A stretch of 42,601 nt of DNA from an uncultured Chloroflexota bacterium (GTDB lineage Bacteria; Chloroflexota; Anaerolineae; Aggregatilineales; Phototrophicaceae). Shown here one piece after another: positions 39,743 through 42,601 of this stretch. The notes beneath the pieces are model-generated. The model was not told the origin of the DNA. It saw nothing but the letters and a program-made list of their open reading frames with translations, and searched no databases. The number at the start of each line of letters is the position of its first letter. The stretch's first letter is position 1. The stretch is from positions 1 through 42,601 of the forward strand of contig CALBRY010000216.1 in assembly GCA_937927665.1 (NCBI GenBank). The letters are read 5' to 3'. A program made the translations under genes and the position numbers.

Positions 39743-42265
39743 TTACTGGAGTACAAACTCCCCGATCCAGTATCGATTTTCTTCGTCGCCGTCAGAAGGG
39801 GTTAAGCGCGCAAACGTGACCGGATCATACAACCCGATCGCGACGCGATACCTTCCGGCGGGAAGATCGCCTACGTTGATCCCAATTGTGTCACGAAATG
39901 CGCCCGGTAGCCAGTTCCCCGGAGGGAGCATTCCAGCGCCGGGGCGAGAATCCACCTGCGTGACGACGCTTGTCAGATCATCCGCCGGGTAAATATGAAT
40001 GAAATAGGCGTAATCGCCGGATGCGGTGTTTGGCGTGTACCATGTCAGCCGCAGCGTGAGTGCGCCATAGATCACCCAATCAGGATTGTCACGCGGATCG
40101 ATCGCGCCGCTGGCATCGCGCACCGCCAATTCGATCGCGCCATCCTGAAATGTGGTTGAGGGCGCATCGGGCATCGTCACAGGCGGATAGTAACTGGCGA
40201 ACAGCCAATGATAGTATGGCTGATATGCGCCGCCGGGGATGTTTGGCACAATGCGGATCGTCACCTGATCCGCTGTGATCAGCGCGCCGGGGATAAATGT
40301 CGCCACTTCAAACCATGAACCGGGCAGATCAGGGATCACCCGTGTGCCAATATGCGTATCATTCGCGTAGACATCGAATGTGCCGCGATTGGCGGCATGA
40401 ATGCGCGAGATCAATACGGCATCTTCGCCTGCCCGCGCTGTAAGCGTGAATTGTTCCTCGCCTGTGATGCGCCGTCCGCCGTCCATTACCGAGCAGGTGT
40501 AAAGCTGACAGCCGAACGTCTGGAACTGGTAAAATTCGGTTGGAAAGCCGCCGAGCGCCCCGTTTGCCGTCCAGCGGTAGCCGTTGGCACGTTCAGACTC
40601 TAAATCCGCCACGTTGAGCGAGTCGATCCAGTTCATATTCGAAAAGACATCGAGGTATAACCCCGGCAGCGCGTCGAGGTCAGCCTGATGTGACGCTGTA
40701 TCATACTGCGGCTGATAAATCCCCTGATCGGCGGCTGCAAGGGCGACATTGCGCGTATGATCGAGTTCAACGGTGTAGCCGATCCGCCGTGAGGCATAGA
40801 GATCGGTTTCCGCCAAATACCCTAAACCGAGTCCATGCCCTTCCCCATATGAGGCTATCATGTCCGGTTGTTCGCGCAAGATGAACTCCCCGACTGAGCC
40901 GGGTCCATTGCGCCAATAATCCGCCGCGCCGGGGGTGGTCAGTCCGACAATATCAAGCGTGGTATGTCTGCCGATGTAACGCATCATGCCGACGTCATGC
41001 ACAGCGATCACCGAATCAGCGGGCGCATTTTCGCTCAGCCACTCTGCCATTTGATACGGTTGGCGGTACACACTGCTCACATTGACGGCGTAGCTTTGCA
41101 AGAACCACTGCGCCGACATCAACGCAAGCACCGCGCCGCCCATCAGCGCGATTGGTTTCAGCCATACGCGCCGTGTCAGCACCGCGCCGCCCATCACCGA
41201 CAGCGCAAACAACCCCGCGATCAACGGCATTTGGTAGCGCTTAAAATGCCAGAATGCGGTATCGAGCGTGCTGATCGCCGCCATTGAGCCGATGAGCCAC
41301 AAAATCAGGAGCAGAGCGATCCCGCGATGCGCTTTGCTGATCAACAAATAAAGTAATCCGCCAAGCGCCAGCAGTGCCGCCGCCGTGCCGAGATAAAATG
41401 GGAGATCGGGAATTAGCGCGAACCATTCCGCGAATGCCCGCGTGAAATTCTCCCATATGCGGGTGATCGTGTAGCCGAGATCGGACGGAACAACGCCAAA
41501 CAGGGATTTCGCGGCGTTTCCGGTCGCCACTGCCGATCCGGTGACAATCACATTCACAAGCGGCTGAACGATCACCGCCGCCAGCGGCACGAACCACCCC
41601 CAGCGGATCGGCTGTTTTGCTCGGCGCGCGTTCACGATCATGTAAGCTACGACGAGCGCCGCAAGAATCGCGCCTTCCGGACGGATCAACGCGCTCAACG
41701 CCGCACCGCTCAACGCCGGACTGTTGTGTTTTGAAGTCAGCCCATAAACGGTGAGCAAGACGAACGTAATCACCAAGCCCGTTTCCATCCCGCTCATGAA
41801 GTGCCACGCAGTCGCGCCGTTGACGATGAAAATCAGCGCGAACCCGAACGCGAACCCTTCCCCGCTAAAGCGCCGCCCAATCTGCCAGATCAAGCCGCCG
41901 CTGATCGCCAGTGCCAGCGCGCCGATTCCGGTCGCCCAGTAACCGAGCGCCAGCCCGCGAAAGCCGATCCAATCGCCAACAGCAAGCAGATAGGGATAGA
42001 GAAAGCTGGTTGCGCCGCTCGTCGGCGGCAGACCGGGGTTATAGGCGTACGGCTGTCCGGTCGCAATGCTGCGGGCGTATTGAAAGTGGATGTAGGCGTC
42101 ATCGAGCGGCAGAATCGGCTGTCCCTGCTGCGATCCCAGTGCCATGTACAAGACATAGACGCTTAACGCCAGCATGAGGCACACCAGCGCATTATAAAGC
42201 GAGCGCCTCTGAGAGACGCTCGCTTGAATGCGCTGCACATCGTCAGTGCTAATGTGAATAGCCAT
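39743..42265 (-). CDS. Multi-TM GT-C-type glycosyltransferase-like membrane protein with extracellular C-terminal domains
   Basis: [12 protein letters not shown] after TM1, SGMET, RPEG, many TM helices, DVGMMRY..DIVGL; C-terminal beta-rich domain ([14 protein letters not shown]). Confidence 0.75.
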   Translation of the reverse strand: MAIHISTDDVQRIQASVSQRRSLYNALVCLMLALSVYVLYMALGSQQGQPILPLDDAYIHFQYARSIATGQPYAYNPGLPPTSGATSFLYPYLLAVGDWIGFRGLALGYWATGIGALALAISGGLIWQIGRRFSGEGFAFGFALIFIVNGATAWHFMSGMETGLVITFVLLTVYGLTSKHNSPALSGAALSALIRPEGAILAALVVAYMIVNARRAKQPIRWGWFVPLAAVIVQPLVNVIVTGSAVATGNAAKSLFGVVPSDLGYTITRIWENFTRAFAEWFALIPDLPFYLGTAAALLALGGLLYLLISKAHRGIALLLILWLIGSMAAISTLDTAFWHFKRYQMPLIAGLFALSVMGGAVLTRRVWLKPIALMGGAVLALMSAQWFLQSYAVNVSSVYRQPYQMAEWLSENAPADSVIAVHDVGMMRYIGRHTTLDIVGLTTPGAADYWRNGPGSVGEFILREQPDMIASYGEGHGLGLGYLAETDLYASRRIGYTVELDHTRNVALAAADQGIYQPQYDTASHQADLDALPGLYLDVFSNMNWIDSLNVADLESERANGYRWTANGALGGFPTEFYQFQTFGCQLYTCSVMDGGRRITGEEQFTLTARAGEDAVLISRIHAANRGTFDVYANDTHIGTRVIPDLPGSWFEVATFIPGALITADQVTIRIVPNIPGGAYQPYYHWLFASYYPPVTMPDAPSTTFQDGAIELAVRDASGAIDPRDNPDWVIYGALTLRLTWYTPNTASGDYAYFIHIYPADDLTSVVTQVDSRPGAGMLPPGNWLPGAFRDTIGINVGDLPAGRYRVAIGLYDPVTFARLTPSDGDEENRYWIGEFVLQ

Positions 42266-42601
42266 GCGCGAACGTATCGATCATCAGGCGCACGTCATCC
42301 CCGAGCGGGTACAGGATCGGGCAGGTTGCCCCATACTGCACGTACTCGCGCACCTTCGCCCGCACTTCGTCCGGCGTACCCGACGCGGTGATCATCTGCA
42401 CGACATCGTCGGGGACGAGACGCATCGCCTGTTCGATCTGTTCTTCGGTCGCTGGCCACGTCAGCACCTGCCCGATTTCGTCCAGCAGTTCCTGGCTTAC
42501 GCCGCTGGCCTTCATAATGTGAGGCTGCTGGCCAAGGTACTGCGTCACCAGCTTGCGCGCATTGTCGAGCGCCTTCTTGCGGTCATTGTCGACCGAGCAC
42601 A
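42249..42601 (-). CDS. LLM-class flavin/F420-dependent oxidoreductase (Mer-like), 5' end outside the window
   Basis: Frame is open to the window edge; [49 protein letters not shown] resembles an LLM C-terminus. Confidence 0.75.
   Translation of the reverse strand, partial: CSVDNDRKKALDNARKLVTQYLGQQPHIMKASGVSQELLDEIGQVLTWPATEEQIEQAMRLVPDDVVQMITASGTPDEVRAKVREYVQYGATCPILYPLGDDVRLMIDTFAHGYSH

Overview
Gene-dense, moderately GC-rich bacterial chromosomal segment. The gene families (PT-rich membrane protein, GT-C membrane glycosyltransferase, YqeC-MocA fusion, extended FabH) suggest Chloroflexota, probably Anaerolineae; this is an inference. Left to right: flavodoxin gene; tRNA-Leu-tig-clpP-clpX; GbsR-type regulator; MacAB-like exporter with two adaptors and two permeases; rex; orphan mreB; an F1-only atpAGDC operon; proC; GNAT plus OSBS/NSAR; NDUFA9-like SDR; fabF-fabH; YugP-like peptidase; panG-panB-panC; purine nucleoside phosphorylase; and a long minus-strand operon for a putative selenium-dependent molybdenum hydroxylase (xdhC, FAD/FeS fusion, Mo subunit, yqeB, yqeC-mocA) with uncharacterised genes inserted. 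I found no CRISPR array, transposase, integrase or prophage. Best leads: (1) ATP synthase gamma with a 130-aa C-terminal linker plus helix-hairpin-helix domain, in an operon without F0/delta genes and with Rex-like boxes on its promoter; (2) the Se/Mo hydroxylase operon, which contains a 594-aa protein with AMP-nucleosidase/PNP-like motifs and a metallophosphoesterase, suggesting a nucleotide-to-base-to-oxidation pathway; (3) a His/acid-rich insert in trigger factor. All family calls come from motif recognition by eye; no database searches were run.
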